Assembly (NCBI GenBank): GCA_030390025.1
Contig: CM059432.1
Location: 39,248,001-39,312,000 of the forward strand
Length of the DNA: 64,000 bases
Direction of reading: 5' to 3'
From: Squalus acanthias
Taxonomy: Eukaryota
Shown here: piece after piece, positions 13,590-26,526 of the stretch
Layout: each line of letters starts with the position of its first letter
How positions within the stretch are numbered: position 1 is the stretch's first letter
Notes under the pieces: model-generated
Database searches by the model: none
Told to the model about the DNA's origin: nothing
The model's input: only the letters and a program-made list of their open reading frames with translations
Translations under genes and position numbers: made by a program

Positions 13590-15418
13590 ATGGTTGTAAT
13601 AAGCATCCATAGTGTTAAGAGTTGGACACTGAAAGACTGAATCAAAGAAATCGCTGTATAATGAGCTCAGTAATGAAGGCAACTGCCATTTTTTCTATTA
13701 GCACACTATGGAATTCATGGATCATATATTCTAATGTGAAACATCAATCTAGATGTTAGCTTCAATTTTGTGAGTGCAGGAAAATTGACACTATGCTTAT
13801 GTGTGGTACGATGTGCTTGTACCAGCAGCGGGGATCATGTGACTTTGAACCCAGTGGTTCAAGGCCACGTGATTCCCAACAAGGATGTAGCACCCAACAG
13901 CAGACTGCCACTACAGTTGCTTCACCCATTTAGGGAGCACTCCAACACAGGTTTAGATTGGGGAGTAGGACAAGCATACCTTATAGGAGAACCAGGAGGA
14001 AGCATGGGTATAGAGCTTAGAGTACTTGGGCACTGTAAATAGCATTATTTAGAGATCTTTTTTATTTCTCCTTTTGTATGGGAAGTGTTGTTTTGGTAGG
14101 GCAGTGGGTTTCGACTAGGAGGAGGCTGAATGATGGGATGTTAGCCTGAGTGCAGGGAATGGGCGGCATATTTTTACCGCTACAATGTTTAGGCGGATAT
14201 AGGGAAAATCAGTGGTGGTTAGTGGCCACATGGATTCCATCTATAAAACCTGGGCTCTTGAGAAGCCTTGGACAAATCCTATGCCTTCTTCAGTTGCTGT
14301 CTCCTATACATTGAAAACATTTGTAAAATCTACCCAGATTTCCAGAAAAACGGGAGGATTTGTCAGCAGTGGTGAAAGGTCAACTTTGGGAGTGGAAATA
14401 TAGATTCCTCACTTCTGGTTGGAAGCAGAAAATGCACAAAATGATCTCACCCAAAATTGGTAGAGTGGTAATTTTGATAAAGTAATAAGCAGTAAAAGTG
14501 TCTGCTGCCATTACATGTAAATGGGGTTTCTGCCAAAGTTATGACAGTGGAGCAGGAGAATCTCTGAGGAAATTCCTGGTGAATTGAGCTGTGAGCACAG
14601 AGCTTGGTGAAGACAGAGGTGACTGAATCTGCTAAGCGAAGTGGCTCGCTAAACAGAGTGACGACAGGAATTTGGTGAGAGTGGGAATTCGGTGCTGATG
14701 GGGAAGGAGGTGCTAAGTAATTTAAACCAAGGGGCAACAGTAAATAAGTAAATAATAAGCGTAATTAATTGGATCTAAGGGGTAAAATTAAGATTGACTA
14801 AGTAGAGGATACCAACATTAAAGGGTTTCGAATTGCATTAAATAAAAATCTGGCATACATAAAGAATTAAATAATAAATAGGAGTAAGGCGATACTAAAC
14901 TAAAAACATATATATATATATATATATATAAAACATAAGGAGATAGACTTTTAAGCAAAATTATGGATTAGCTGGGAACCATTGCCTGCAATTCCTGCAC
15001 CATGTGGGGACTCCAGGACGCTTCATGTGCTCAAACTCAAGCTCATGGTTTCTGAGCTTGAGGAGCAGCTGGAGTCACTGCTGGGCATACAGGAGGTGGT
15101 CATCCTGCAGCTACAGAGAGTTCAGGAGGATAGTAAGGGGGTGACCATCCAGCAATGTAGGAAGAGGCAGGCAGTGCAGGAATCCTCTGGGATTGTGGCA
15201 CTCTCAAACCGATTTTCAGTGAGGGTGACGAGACCTCAGGAGAAAGCAGTCTAGAGCACATCCATGGCACCATGGGGCAAATGATTGTACAGGGGCAACA
15301 GCAAAGTATAGAAATGCAGTGGTCATAGGGGATTCGATAGTCAGGGGTATAGACAGGCGTTTCTGCAACTGCCGTAGTGAGTCTCGCATGGTGCGTTGCC
15401 TCCCTGGTGCCAAGGTAA

Positions 15419-16945
15419 TATCCTAGGATTCTTTGGGAGGCAAGGGAGGAGATTGCAGAGCCTTTGGCTTTGATCTTTGGGTCCTCACTGTCCACGGGGA
15501 TGGTGCCAGAGGACTGGAGAGTGGCGAATGTTGTTCCTCTCTTCAAGAAAGGAAATAGGAATGACCCTGGTAATTATAGGCCGGTTAGTCTCACTTCGGT
15601 GGTTGGTAAGATAATGGAAAAGGTCCTGAGGGATAGGATTTATGACCATTTGGAAAGAGGCAACTTAATCAGGGATAGTCAACACGGATTCATGAAGGGT
15701 AAGTCTTGCCTAACAAATTTGATTGAATTCTTTGAGGAGGTAACTAAGTGTGTAGATGAAGGTAGAGCAGTTGATGTCGTATACATGGATTTTAGTAAGG
15801 CGTTTGATAAGGTTCCCCATGGTCGGCTCATGAAGAAAGTAAGGAGTTGTGGGATAGAGGGAAATTTGGCCGATTGGATAAGTAACTGGCTATCTCATAG
15901 AAGGCAGAGGGTGGTGGTGGATGGAACATTTTCGGACTGGAGACCAGTTACCAGCGGTGTGCCACAGGGGTCGGTGCTGGGTCCTCTGCTGTTTGTGATT
16001 TTTATCAATGACTTGGAGGAGGGGACTGAAGGGTGGATCAGTAAATTTGCTGATGACACCAAGATTGGTGGAGTAGTGGATGAGGTGGAGGGCTGTTGTA
16101 AGCTGCAAAGAGACATTGATAGGATGCAGAGCTGGGCCGAAAAATGGCAGATGGAATTTAACCCTGATAAGTGCGAGGTGATTCATTTTGGTAGGGCAAA
16201 TTTGAATAAGGATTACAGGGTCAATGGCAGGGTTCTGAGGAACGTGGAGGAACTGAGGGATCTGGGGGTTCATATCCACAGATCTCTGAAGGTTGCCACT
16301 CAAGTGGATAGAGCAGTAAAGAAGGCCTATAGTGTGTTAGCGTTTATTAACAGAGGGTTTGAGTTTAAGAACCGTGAGGTTATGCTGCAACTGTACAGGA
16401 CCTTGGTGAGACCACATTTGGAATATTGTGTGCAGTTCTGGTCACCTCACTATAGGAAGGACGTGGAAGCATTGGAAAGAGTGCAAAGGAGATTTACCAG
16501 GATGCTGCCTGGTTTGGGGGGGAGGTCTTATGAGGAAAGATTGAGGGAGTTAGGGCTTTTCTCTTTAGAGCGGAGGAGGATGAGAGGCGACTTAATAGAG
16601 GTTTATAAGATGATGAGGGGGATAGATAGAGTGGATGTTCAGAGACTATTTCCTCGGGTGGAGGTAGCTGTTACAAGGGGGCATAACTATAAGGTGCATG
16701 GGGGGAGATATAGAAGGGATGTCCGAGGTAGATTCTTTACTCAGAGAGTGGTTGGGGTGTGGAATGGACTGCCTGCTGTGATAGTGGAGTCGGACACTTT
16801 AGGAACTTTCAAGCGGTTATTGGATAAGCACATGGAGCACACCAGAATGATAGGGAGTGGGATAGCTTGATCTTGGTTTCGGACAATGCTCGGCACAACA
16901 TCGAGGGCTGAAGGGCCTGTACTGTGCTGTACTGTTCTATGTTCT
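15419..16945 (+). mobile_element. Young 5'-truncated CR1 insertion with 7-bp TSD
   Basis: AAGGTAA at 15412-15418 and 16946-16952; removing the insert restores PGAKVKDV in the host ORF1; (GTTCTAT)n tail. Confidence 0.92.
15464..16870 (+). CDS. CR1 ORF2 reverse transcriptase C-terminal half; open frame without native start
   Basis: 468 uninterrupted codons: YRPVSLTS, QHGF, DFSKAFD, GVPQGSVLGP, FADD. Confidence 0.85.
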   Translation: MALIFGSSLSTGMVPEDWRVANVVPLFKKGNRNDPGNYRPVSLTSVVGKIMEKVLRDRIYDHLERGNLIRDSQHGFMKGKSCLTNLIEFFEEVTKCVDEGRAVDVVYMDFSKAFDKVPHGRLMKKVRSCGIEGNLADWISNWLSHRRQRVVVDGTFSDWRPVTSGVPQGSVLGPLLFVIFINDLEEGTEGWISKFADDTKIGGVVDEVEGCCKLQRDIDRMQSWAEKWQMEFNPDKCEVIHFGRANLNKDYRVNGRVLRNVEELRDLGVHIHRSLKVATQVDRAVKKAYSVLAFINRGFEFKNREVMLQLYRTLVRPHLEYCVQFWSPHYRKDVEALERVQRRFTRMLPGLGGRSYEERLRELGLFSLERRRMRGDLIEVYKMMRGIDRVDVQRLFPRVEVAVTRGHNYKVHGGRYRRDVRGRFFTQRVVGVWNGLPAVIVESDTLGTFKRLLDKHMEHTRMIGSGIA

Positions 16946-18237
16946 AAGGTAAAGGACGTCACCTAACGGATGCAGAATATTTTGCAGGGGGATGGGGAGC
17001 TGCCAGAAGTCATGGTCCATTTTGGAACCAATGATGTAGGTAGGAAAAAGGTTGAGGTCCTACAGACAGAGTTTCAGGAGCTAGGGAGGAAGTTAAAGAA
17101 CAGGACGTCAAAGACAGGAATCTCTGGATTACTCCCAGTGCCACGTGCTAGTGAGTATAGGAGCAGTAAGATAAGATAGGTTAATGCGTGGCTGGAGGAA
17201 TGGCGCAGGAGGGAGGGATTCAAATTCCAGGGGCATTGGGACCAGTTCTGGGGCAGGAGGGACCTGTTCAAGATGGATGGGTTGCACCTCAACAGGGCTG
17301 GGACCGATGTCCTCGCAGGGAGGTTAACTAGTGCTGTGGCGGTAGGTTTAAACTAATTTGGCTGGGGGAGAATTAGAGAGGAGATACAAGGACTGGGAGA
17401 GACAAACAGCATTAGAATAAAGAGTAGTTCTGAAATAGGAGGGGTCAGACACGGGGAAATGTGAGCCAGACTAAGGTGGGTTTGGAGTGCATGTGCGTAA
17501 ATGCCCGGAGTATGGTAAATAAGGTTGGAAAACTGCAGGCACAAGTAGCCACATGGGATTATGATATAATGACAATAATGGAGGCCTGGCTCAAACAAGG
17601 GGAGTAATGGGCACTCTATTTGATTAGAATTAAGGAACGATAAAGGAGCTATTACGATGCTGGGTGTATACTTTAGGCCACCAAATAGTGGGAAGGAGAT
17701 AGAGGAGCAAATTGGCAAGCAAATTGCAGAAAGATGCAAGAACTTCAGAATAGTGATAATGGAGGACTTTAATTATCCTGATATAGACCGGCAGATTAAC
17801 AGTGTAAAGGGCAAAGAGGGGGAGGAAATTCTGAAATGTGTACAAGAGAACTTTCTTGATCAGTGTGTTTCCAGCCCAACGGCGAATGAAACAGTGCTGG
17901 ATCCAGTGCTCGGGAATGAAGTGGGGCAAGTGGAGCATGTTTCAGGGGGAGAGCATTTGGGAAACAGTGATCACAATATCATTAGGTTTAGAGTAGTTAT
18001 AGAAAAGGACAAGGAAAAATCAAAAGTGAAAATATTCAAATAGAGGAGGGCTAATTTCAGTGAGTTGAAACGGGATCTGGCCCAGGCGGACTGGAATTAA
18101 AGATTGGCAGGTAAAACAGTAAATGAGCAATGGAAGGCCTTAAAGAGGACATAGTTCGAGTACAGACTTGATCCATTTCCATGATGGGGAAAGGAAAGGC
18201 ATCCAGAGCTAGAGCTCCCTGGATGACTAAAGATATA

Positions 18238-18809
18238 GGGGGAGAAATTCAGTATGGGGCGGTAACTATTGAAAGGTGGGAAACTTAGCGCCAGACGCTA
18301 ATGATTCCCAGCTTTAAAAAAATTGGGTTTTAGCGCTCCAGGAAGGAGATGGAGCGCTAAATCAAACTTACTTGCTCCCTGACGGCAGCTGCGATCCGGC
18401 CCAATCAGCCTGATACACTGCAGCAGAGTGCCGGGCTGATCAATCGCTGGCGAAGACAAAGGAAAAAAAAGGAGAAAGAGTATTTCAGAATTTTTTTTAC
18501 GTACCTCGGCCACCTTGCCTTTAAGTATCGCCCCCGAAGCACCCGGCTTCCCGATGAACACTTCCTGCAGCTGCCGGTGTTTTCGCCCGGCGATGCTGCA
18601 AGGGGCGGAACCGAAGTTTGGGTCCGGGGCGCTATCGGGGCGCTGTGCACAGGTGATCGTGGCGCAAGGGGTTACCACCACCGCAAACCGTCAGGTGAAT
18701 TTCACGGGCGGCGGTAACATTGCCGTGCCCGGGCGGTAAGTCGTTAGCACCCCGTTATCGCCCCCCGGAGGCGATAATGGGAGGTGCTAAGGAGGCCAAT
18801 TTCTAGCCC
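18238..18809. mobile_element. Harbinger-type MITE, family B, inserted in CR1
   Basis: TIRs GGGGGAGAAATT / AATTTCTAGCCC; ATA TSD at 18235-18237 and 18810-18812. Confidence 0.9.
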
Positions 18810-20617
18810 ATAGAGATTGAAATAAAACAGAAAAAGGAAGTTTATGATAAATGTCAGGTTTATAATTCAGTAGAGAACCAAGCTGAATACAAAAAGAACA
18901 GAGGAGAACTGAAAAAGGAAATAAGAGGGGCAAATAGAGTGTATGAGAAATGATTAGCGAGTAACATAAAAGGGAACTCAAAAGTATTCTATAAACACAT
19001 AAATAGTATAAGAGTAGTCAAAGGATCTCTCTCATCTGAAATCATAAAAGAGGCCATGGCCTAAACCTTCTGAGTACGTTCCTGTAGCAGGGAAAAAACC
19101 TTTCCTACTGTCAGTACACATCATAAAATCATGGGTATACACCCACGATTTTCCAACATGCACTCTCTGCCACCAGCGCATACTTAGAACACTATCCCTA
19201 TATTTTTAATAGTTGTTGATAAGATTTTGATAGCAGGTCAGCTTCTGACCACTTTAAAATTAACTACTGCTTGCTAGAAGCAGTTTTGTCTGAGTGTACA
19301 TGAAATATGCATTGTTTGTTTTGTGTACCTATGACACTTCAAAGGTGGACGAGTCAATTCTGTCTAGGTGGACAGTATAATGAGTGTTAGAAGCTAAGTT
19401 CATCATCAGGAAACAGTTAATAATGATCATTGAGCCATTAATAGTTTTTTTCTGTACATGGCCTTTGCCATTGTCCCACCAAGGCTGTGTCCTGAAAAAT
19501 GGTGCTGGCCAGCCCACTGGGGGGTGGAGGGGGGGGGGAGGGGGGGAGGCTGGGAGGAGAATGCTGCCACTCTCCGCATGAGCTTTGCTTCACAGGTATA
19601 AACATTCGAACCAGGAAACCTGTTGGTCAGTTTGTGTGTGCCTTTGAAAAGCTATTTGTGATTGACAGCTTTATTTTAATTGTGAAAAATACTCTTTTGA
19701 TCTTCCTTTGTCTCAGTTAGAACTTCAAAGCAGAGGCAGTATAACTGTTGCCCCTTGTCAGAAGTTCTTCAGTGACTATCTGTTTCACCAGGCAGCTACA
19801 TGCTTGGCCTACTGTAACAACCTGTGAATATCAACTTTCATGTATAAACTGTGCTTCATGGATGTTGGGCCAAAATGAACATGTTACTTTTCAGATCAAT
19901 GATTTAAAGAGGTTTTATTGTTTTGTAACATGCTCCGCAAGTTAAGTACACCACTGTGTTGTATCTATCTGTTATTTGCTTCTGTTTAATTTTACTGCTA
20001 AATGAAATTAATGCATTGTTGTAGCCAAAGATCTATGGGAGCCAAATTTTGTGTAGCCCGGCTACCCAAGGTTAAGTCAGGCGGTGTGCGGTTTGACCCC
20101 GCCCAACTTGAAGTCTACTGAACCCAGCTCGAGAGCTCAAAGTGTGTGGGGGGGGGGGGGGGTGCTTCCTATTCTGTCTGCAGCAGTTTAAAGGGACAAT
20201 AGTATTTTTTTTCATGGTGGCTGCTGATATAGTGGAACAAGGTCAGGGAAATGTCTGGGAGCAGTTGTGCAGCAGTAGGACATCCCACTTTGAGTTTGCG
20301 GTAGCAAGTGTGGCATGGAAGGGAAAACATCCAGTGACCTCAAGAGGAGTGGGCAGGTACAGGGGCCATTCTGTGAACTCAGTTGTATAGTGCAGCAACT
20401 ATTACTGGTTTGAACTGTTTCCTCACACTCTCATATTTTCCCCATTATTGTCCATTATTCTACACTGTGCATACCCAGCAGCTCCCTTTCCCAGCTCCTC
20501 TTTTGAATATAACCCCCCCCCCCCCGCTAACTCCTTCAGTGTATAGTTTACTGCATGATACATCTTTCTGTCTTTCCAATATCTATAGATAGATAGCAAC
20601 CTGAAAGATAGGTTTTA

Positions 20618-20940
20618 GGGCTGAATTTTCCGTGGTGGTAGCGGGCGCAATCTATGGTGGGTTGGGTGGGAAAGTTTGTTTTTTTGACAGCGGGTCAGGA
20701 ACCCGCTGTCATCTCGCTCCCACATGCCTTTCCCACAGGCACGTCTGTCATCGTGGAGCGGACCCGACCTGCAGCGGTGGGGGACCCAATTGAAATCATT
20801 ATGAGGTACTTTACAGGCACTTAAGAGCCTTTTTCCCCCTACATTTTAAATTTCCCTGCATGACCACGGGATTCACACAGCTCGGGAACCATGTCTGTCA
20901 ACCTGAGGCGTGAGTTCCGTGGCCATTGCTCCAACTGATT
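20618..20940. mobile_element. Harbinger-like terminal fragment
   Basis: Starts GGGCTGAATTTT followed by a GC-rich arm resembling other MITE arms; other end not found. Confidence 0.45.
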
Positions 20941-21395
20941 ACTTGACAGCATGGAAAACAAACCAAAATAAAAACATGTTGATTACAGCAGCTAACAGAT
21001 TGATGGAGATTCTGTTCTACTTGAAAAGCTACTGGTAAATGTTAATTTTTCACTGGCCATTCTCGGCTGTTGCCTTCCAACTCAACAGTAATTGCAGTGA
21101 ATTGACCTGCACTATAAAAAAATGACATATACCATTTAAATAAATGTTTGTGTTGTTTTTGGTCAGGTTTTTCTCACAGTATACTGTGATTGTCCAGTTA
21201 CACATTAAATCAAGTCATCAACCATAACAATTTCATTCTCATCACTTATTCCACTGGTTCAATTTGTTTTCAGTCCCTGAATATGACTAATTTAATTTTT
21301 CAGTTTGAGACTTTAGGGTGAATTTCTGCAGAGGTTCTCTCACTTGTCCATTGTTAACTTCAACAGAAGAGCTGCAGAAATTCCAGAAACACATT

Positions 21396-22138
21396 GGCCC
21401 AAAAATTAGTGCCTCTACGCGAGAGTACGCACCGTGTACTCTCGCGTATTCTGTCTCCAATTGCCGGTTTTCTGCATGCACTGCGCATGCGCTGAAAACC
21501 AGCACTTGGTGATTTCAAAAGGGGGCGGTTCCTAGGTGAACCGCGTGCGCGCTACAGGCTGCGCGCACGCAGTGCACTTAGTGCTTTGAACGTGCAGGTA
21601 AGCATGGAAGATTTTGCACATAAAGAAAGGAGGCGTAAGACCCTCTTTTAACAAGGTAAGTAGTTAATTAAGTATTATTTTGAATTTTTTTCAACAGGTA
21701 TATCTTTTTTAGAGACTTTAAAGAAAGGTAAGTTTATTTTTATAACTTTTTAAAAGATTTTAAATTTTTTCAAAAATTTAATTTTTTGTTTAAAGTGGTT
21801 AATTTATTTAACTATACTTATTTTATTAATGTGATGGTTTTTTAAAAAAATTTAATTGAGGTTTAGCTGTTCTTTTGGGGGGTATAGATTCATAGCTTTC
21901 ACAGCACTTGATGTGAAAACTATGAATGAAAGATGGTGTGCTGCCATTGGCTCTAACTGAATCACGTGATCCCACAGCTCGCACGAATTAACTGCGCCTG
22001 TGGGATACGCAAGCACTGCCCAGCTGCTGTCTAGAAAATCAAGTTCGTGCGAGCTGGGAATGAAAAAGCCGGCGCGCAGTGAGATATCGCGGGGAAGCCT
22101 TACCCCCGCACGAAGACTCCCTCACTAATTTTTGGGCC
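21396..22138. mobile_element. Harbinger-type MITE, family A
   Basis: Perfect 16-bp TIR GGCCCAAAAATTAGTG / CACTAATTTTTGGGCC with ATT TSD on both sides. Confidence 0.93.
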
Positions 22139-23669
22139 ATTGTAAGCACCACTTACACTGTTTGTCAGGGATTCCGCAGCTCTTCCACTGAACTTACATA
22201 AAATTGTAAATCCACCCCTTTACAATTACATTTCAAATCTGCTTAATTTTATGTATTACCCTTACACACACATCTTTTATTTGTACCAGTTACTGATACA
22301 AAAGTCTATAGATTTGTGACTAAAGCACCAATAACTTCCCAATTAATGTATTTTTTAAATTATGTTCTTGATCATATTTGTAGATGGAGTCATATTACTT
22401 AATGATAATATTATTTGAATATTTCTTTGTCACTCATATATAACTTTTGTTATATTATCGTACAGTAAAGATTCAACACCCACTATGTTAGATTAAACTT
22501 AAAATGTAATGTGGCCAGGGTCCCTTTAAGGATCCCGGCTTAAAACGAGTCATGAATGACATCACCAGACCCGTTCCATCTAATTGGGCTAACTAACATG
22601 CTGGGTGGGCTTAATAGGCCCCATTAAGGTAAGTTCATTTTCTACAGCGGAATGGAGCCAACAGCGGGGCCACGACCGGCCACACCGACCCACCAAGGTA
22701 AGGAAAATTCTGGCCTTAGTGTATGCAATACCACCAATGTCAACTGCTGAATGCATGCCTCTGCTTTTCTGGGGGGAGAGAGTGTACAAATCGAGAGAGA
22801 GTACGAGAATAGGAGGAGCGACCTGGCTACATCTTCTTTGCACTGTTGAGGAGGAGGCCCTTCAAGTGAAAGTGGCAGGAGATGGGAAAATAGGAGGCCT
22901 GCCTCCAGCTCAGGCTTAATATCACACTTATATGTGACAATTGTTAGCATTTCACGCTGACCTCAGCGATATGAGGACCCCTCAGCAGGCCAGTGTTTGT
23001 CTGTTCCCCAATCCCATTCCTTCATTCGTTCGTCCAGATATCATCTAGTTTTTTGCAGTAAGTTCTTTGATGACTGATGAGACCTATTTGTACAGAGCAA
23101 GGCCCTGCTTCCTCCCGGCACCAAGGGCCCAGCACTAATAGACAGGATTGCTGCCTCTCTATATATAACTATTATTTACTTGCTTCTTCACCCTTTTCAA
23201 GTAAATTTGCTTAATAGCTTATATATAAAGTAAAATTTTGTGTTATGTTGCCACTTAGTAAAGGTAGGACAGATCCTATAGAAATATAGGACAATTCCAG
23301 TCACTAAAATAATTAATAGAAAGTTCATTAATTCTGGGCACATTGCCAAAAAACTTACCTGCGTATCAAGGCTTGAGAAGATACTCTTGAAGGATTAGGG
23401 AGTTGGGACTCTCATCTGTGAGTGAGCTAAAATACAGGAGCCAAAAAATCTAGAATAGAAAAGATCCAATACTGTAACAGGGACCATCGTTGAAAGCTAT
23501 GTTTGATAAGTTAGTGATAGCAATTATATAGTAGTTTTGGGATTAATGTTAGGAAGTGCATTCCAATAATTTTTATATTGTAAAGAAGGGAAGGGAAAAA
23601 GCCACATTTGAACTTGGAATTTTTTTCTGTAAGGAAGTGTAGTACAAGGTGTAGTGGAGCATCACTAGA

Positions 23670-25348
23670 TTGCTGACAAAGCTAGTTGGGAAAGTAAGCT
23701 GTGAGGAGAACACAAAGAGGCTGCAAAGGAATATAGACAGGTTAAGTGAGTGGGCAATAAGGTGGCAGATGGAGTATAATGTGGGGAAATGTGAGGTTAT
23801 TCACTTTGGTAGGAAGAATAGGAAAACAGAATATTTTTTAAATGGTGAGAAACTATTAAGTGTTGTTATTCAGAGAGATTTAGGTATCCTTGTACAAGAA
23901 ACACAGAAAGTTAGCATGCAGGTACAGCAAGCAATTAGGAAGGCAAATGGCATGTTGGCCTTCATTTCAAGGGGTTGGAGTACAAGAGTACAAGGCTTTG
24001 GTGAGAACACACCTGGAGTACTGTGCACAGTTTTGGTCTCCTTATCTGAGGAAGGATATACATGCCTTAGAGGCAGTGCAACAAAGGCTCACTAGATTGA
24101 TTCCTGGAATGAGAGGGTTGTCCTATGAAGAGAGATTGAGTAGAATGGGGCTATACTCTCTGGTATTTAGAAGAATGAGAGGTGATCTCATTGAAACATA
24201 CAAGATTCTAAGGGGGATTGATGCTGAGAGATTGCTTCCCCTGGCTGGAGAGTCTAGAACTAGGGACATAGGGCTGGATTTTGAATGACCCATGGAGTCG
24301 GGTTTGGAGGTGTGTGGTGGGTTAAATTTGCAGGGTCGGGGGTCCCGACCCCATCCCGACTCCATCCCGCCTCCACGCAATTTTGACAAAATCAGTCACG
24401 GGGTTCCCGACTCCGTCCCACCTCCAAGAGGCGGGAGAGGCCATTAAAGCACTTAACAAGCCCTAAATTGGCTCTGTAATGCCATTTTGAAACGTTTTAG
24501 CTAGTTTAACCCTTTTCCGACGTGAAGTACGCCTGGTGTGAAACACTCCAGTGAAACCTGGCGGGAGCACAACTGGATAGCTGACTATCAGCTGCAGGTC
24601 CACTATTACAACGGAGATGTGATGAAGATAGTAGTAGTATGAAAGTCGCCTCTGATGCTGCTGCATTGAATGTCTTCAGAGACTGCATGGCCTTTGCTGT
24701 GAGAGGACTTGGATGCAAATCTCTCTCTCTCTCCTCTCTCCTCTCTCCTCTCTCCTCTCTCTCTCCTTTCACATTTTGCATTCAGGTCCACTCACATCAA
24801 AAGCCAGGCAGGTCCTCTCTCACCAACAGCCAGACAATCTCTGAGACCAGGCAGTCAGCAATGATGACATCATCAGAGGCAACTTTCAAACTGAAACCAC
24901 TAATTAGTGCATGGGTTCCCACATGCTGGAACTCAATTGCCCAATTAAGTGAAAATTGTATCATTCATCCACATTAATCTGGAGTCGTGGGGGGAACAAG
25001 AAATGCGGATGACACGACCCCAACCCGACCCCAAGACAAAATCCAGCCCAGAGTCTCAGGTAAGGGCTCGGCCATTTAAGACTGAGAGGAGGAGGAATTT
25101 CTTCACTCAGAGGGTTGTGAATCTTTGGACTTCTCTACCCCAAAGGGCTGTGAATGCCGAGTGTTTGAGTATATTCAAGGCTGAGATAGATAGATTTTTG
25201 GACTCATGGGGAATCAAGGGATATGGAGATCAGGCGGGAAAGTGGAGCTGAGGCCAAAGATCAGCCATGATCTTATTGAATAGCGGAGCAGGCTCGAGGG
25301 GCCGTATGGCCTACTCCTGCTCCTAATTCTTATGTTCTTATGTTCTTA
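23670..25348 (+). mobile_element. CR1 3' fragment split by a MITE
   Basis: RT C-terminal motifs up to ...ESRTR at 24270, resuming at 25050 through a (TTCTTATG)n tail. Confidence 0.9.
24271..25049. mobile_element. Harbinger-type MITE, family C
   Basis: Perfect TIR GGGCTGGATTTT / AAAATCCAGCCC; TSD ATA/AGA; inverted homologue at 29136-29839. Confidence 0.9.
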
Positions 25349-25814
25349 CGATCAACATGCTTAGTCTGGATAGCACATGCATTGCCTGACAGGGTGATGG
25401 AAGCAGATTAAATAGTAACTTTCAAAAGGGAATTGCATATATACTTAAAAAGGAGAAATTTGCAGGGCTATGAGGAAAGAGCAGGGGAATGGGACTAATT
25501 GGTAGCTTTTTCAGAGAGCCTGCACAGGCACAATGGGCCGAATTACCTCCTTCTGTGATGTATGATCCTATGATTCTACCATAAAGTTTGTACAGCATCA
25601 CAGCCAAGCAGCAGGGCTACAGTGAAGCATAATGTGCATTGGTTGGCTAAGAGTGCTATAATGGTGGGTTAACGTTACGTGTGTAGCAAATTTTAAAAGA
25701 GTGCTAATATGGTGTTTGTGCTGGGTAACAGGATTGTAGTTAGTGGATTGGTAGTGGAGGGCTAATGTTGTGAGGATGCTTGGTAGCAGTTTTGCAGTTG
25801 AGATACAACATGTC

Positions 25815-26526
25815 TTCACCGAGGCTCCCACTGAAAGTAGGCGAGGGCCTAACTTAAATCTTAAAGTCGTGGCCCGATGATGTCATCGGCGCTGCATCAG
25901 CATTATAACTTCTGCATTCGGAAGACCCGCATGGGGCTAAACCCGACATCTCAACCACGACAGAAGTCCACAGAGTAGCCAGAAGAGGCCAAGGTAAGTT
26001 TGAAAAAATAATTTTTATGTGGAATCCTTCTGGGCCAGGAGAAGCAGGAGTGTTCCCCCAAGCCCTACAAAATTACCTTGGGCCAACCCCTGCCCTGGGC
26101 TTCTCCCTACCACAACTGCAATCCTTACCAATCCCCCTTCTTCAAGGGGAATGGAGAGAGAGCGGGAATATGGTATTGAGATAGAGAATCAGCCATGATC
26201 ATATTGAATGGCGGAGCAGGCTCAAAGGGCCGAATGGCCTACTCCTGCTCTTATTTTTCTATGTTTCTATGTTTCCTGACTTACCTTGCCAGGGAATGTT
26301 TCCAGAGGCTCCCAGCAGCGGACTGATCCTCCGTTGCTTTCCACTCTTGCCCGCTGGTGTTGATGTCATTCGCAATGGCTTCAGGCAGGAGTCAGTTTTG
26401 GGTTATTGTAATGAGGCCTGAGAATTAAAATCTTCCAGGTCTCACACTCCGGCTGGCCAGATGGATCACCACCTGCTTTGACATCCACACCCTCGATTCA
26501 CGCCCCCAAGTTAAAATTGACCCCCT
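25815..26526. mobile_element. Decayed Harbinger-type MITE (family D) with a CR1 tail (about 26143-26275) inserted
   Basis: Right end AAAATTGACCCC; internal GGTAAGTTT...GGGCCAGGAGAAGCAGGAGTG block shared with 61290-61400; left end approximate. Confidence 0.55.

Larger units (their letters stand above)
14580..19025 (+). mobile_element. Older CR1 5' half (5' UTR, ORF1 zipper plus SGNH esterase, ORF2 APE), interrupted by two younger insertions
   Basis: CNSC..W and LEEQLESL zipper; esterase motifs VIGDSIV, PGAK|VKDV, VHFGTND, DGLHL; APE motifs YFRPP, DFNYP, GNSDHN. Confidence 0.85.

Noticed and set aside
19718..19828. Possible terminal exon after a pyrimidine tract (LELQSRGSITVAPCQKFF...)
   Set aside because: Short, unrecognised and expected by chance
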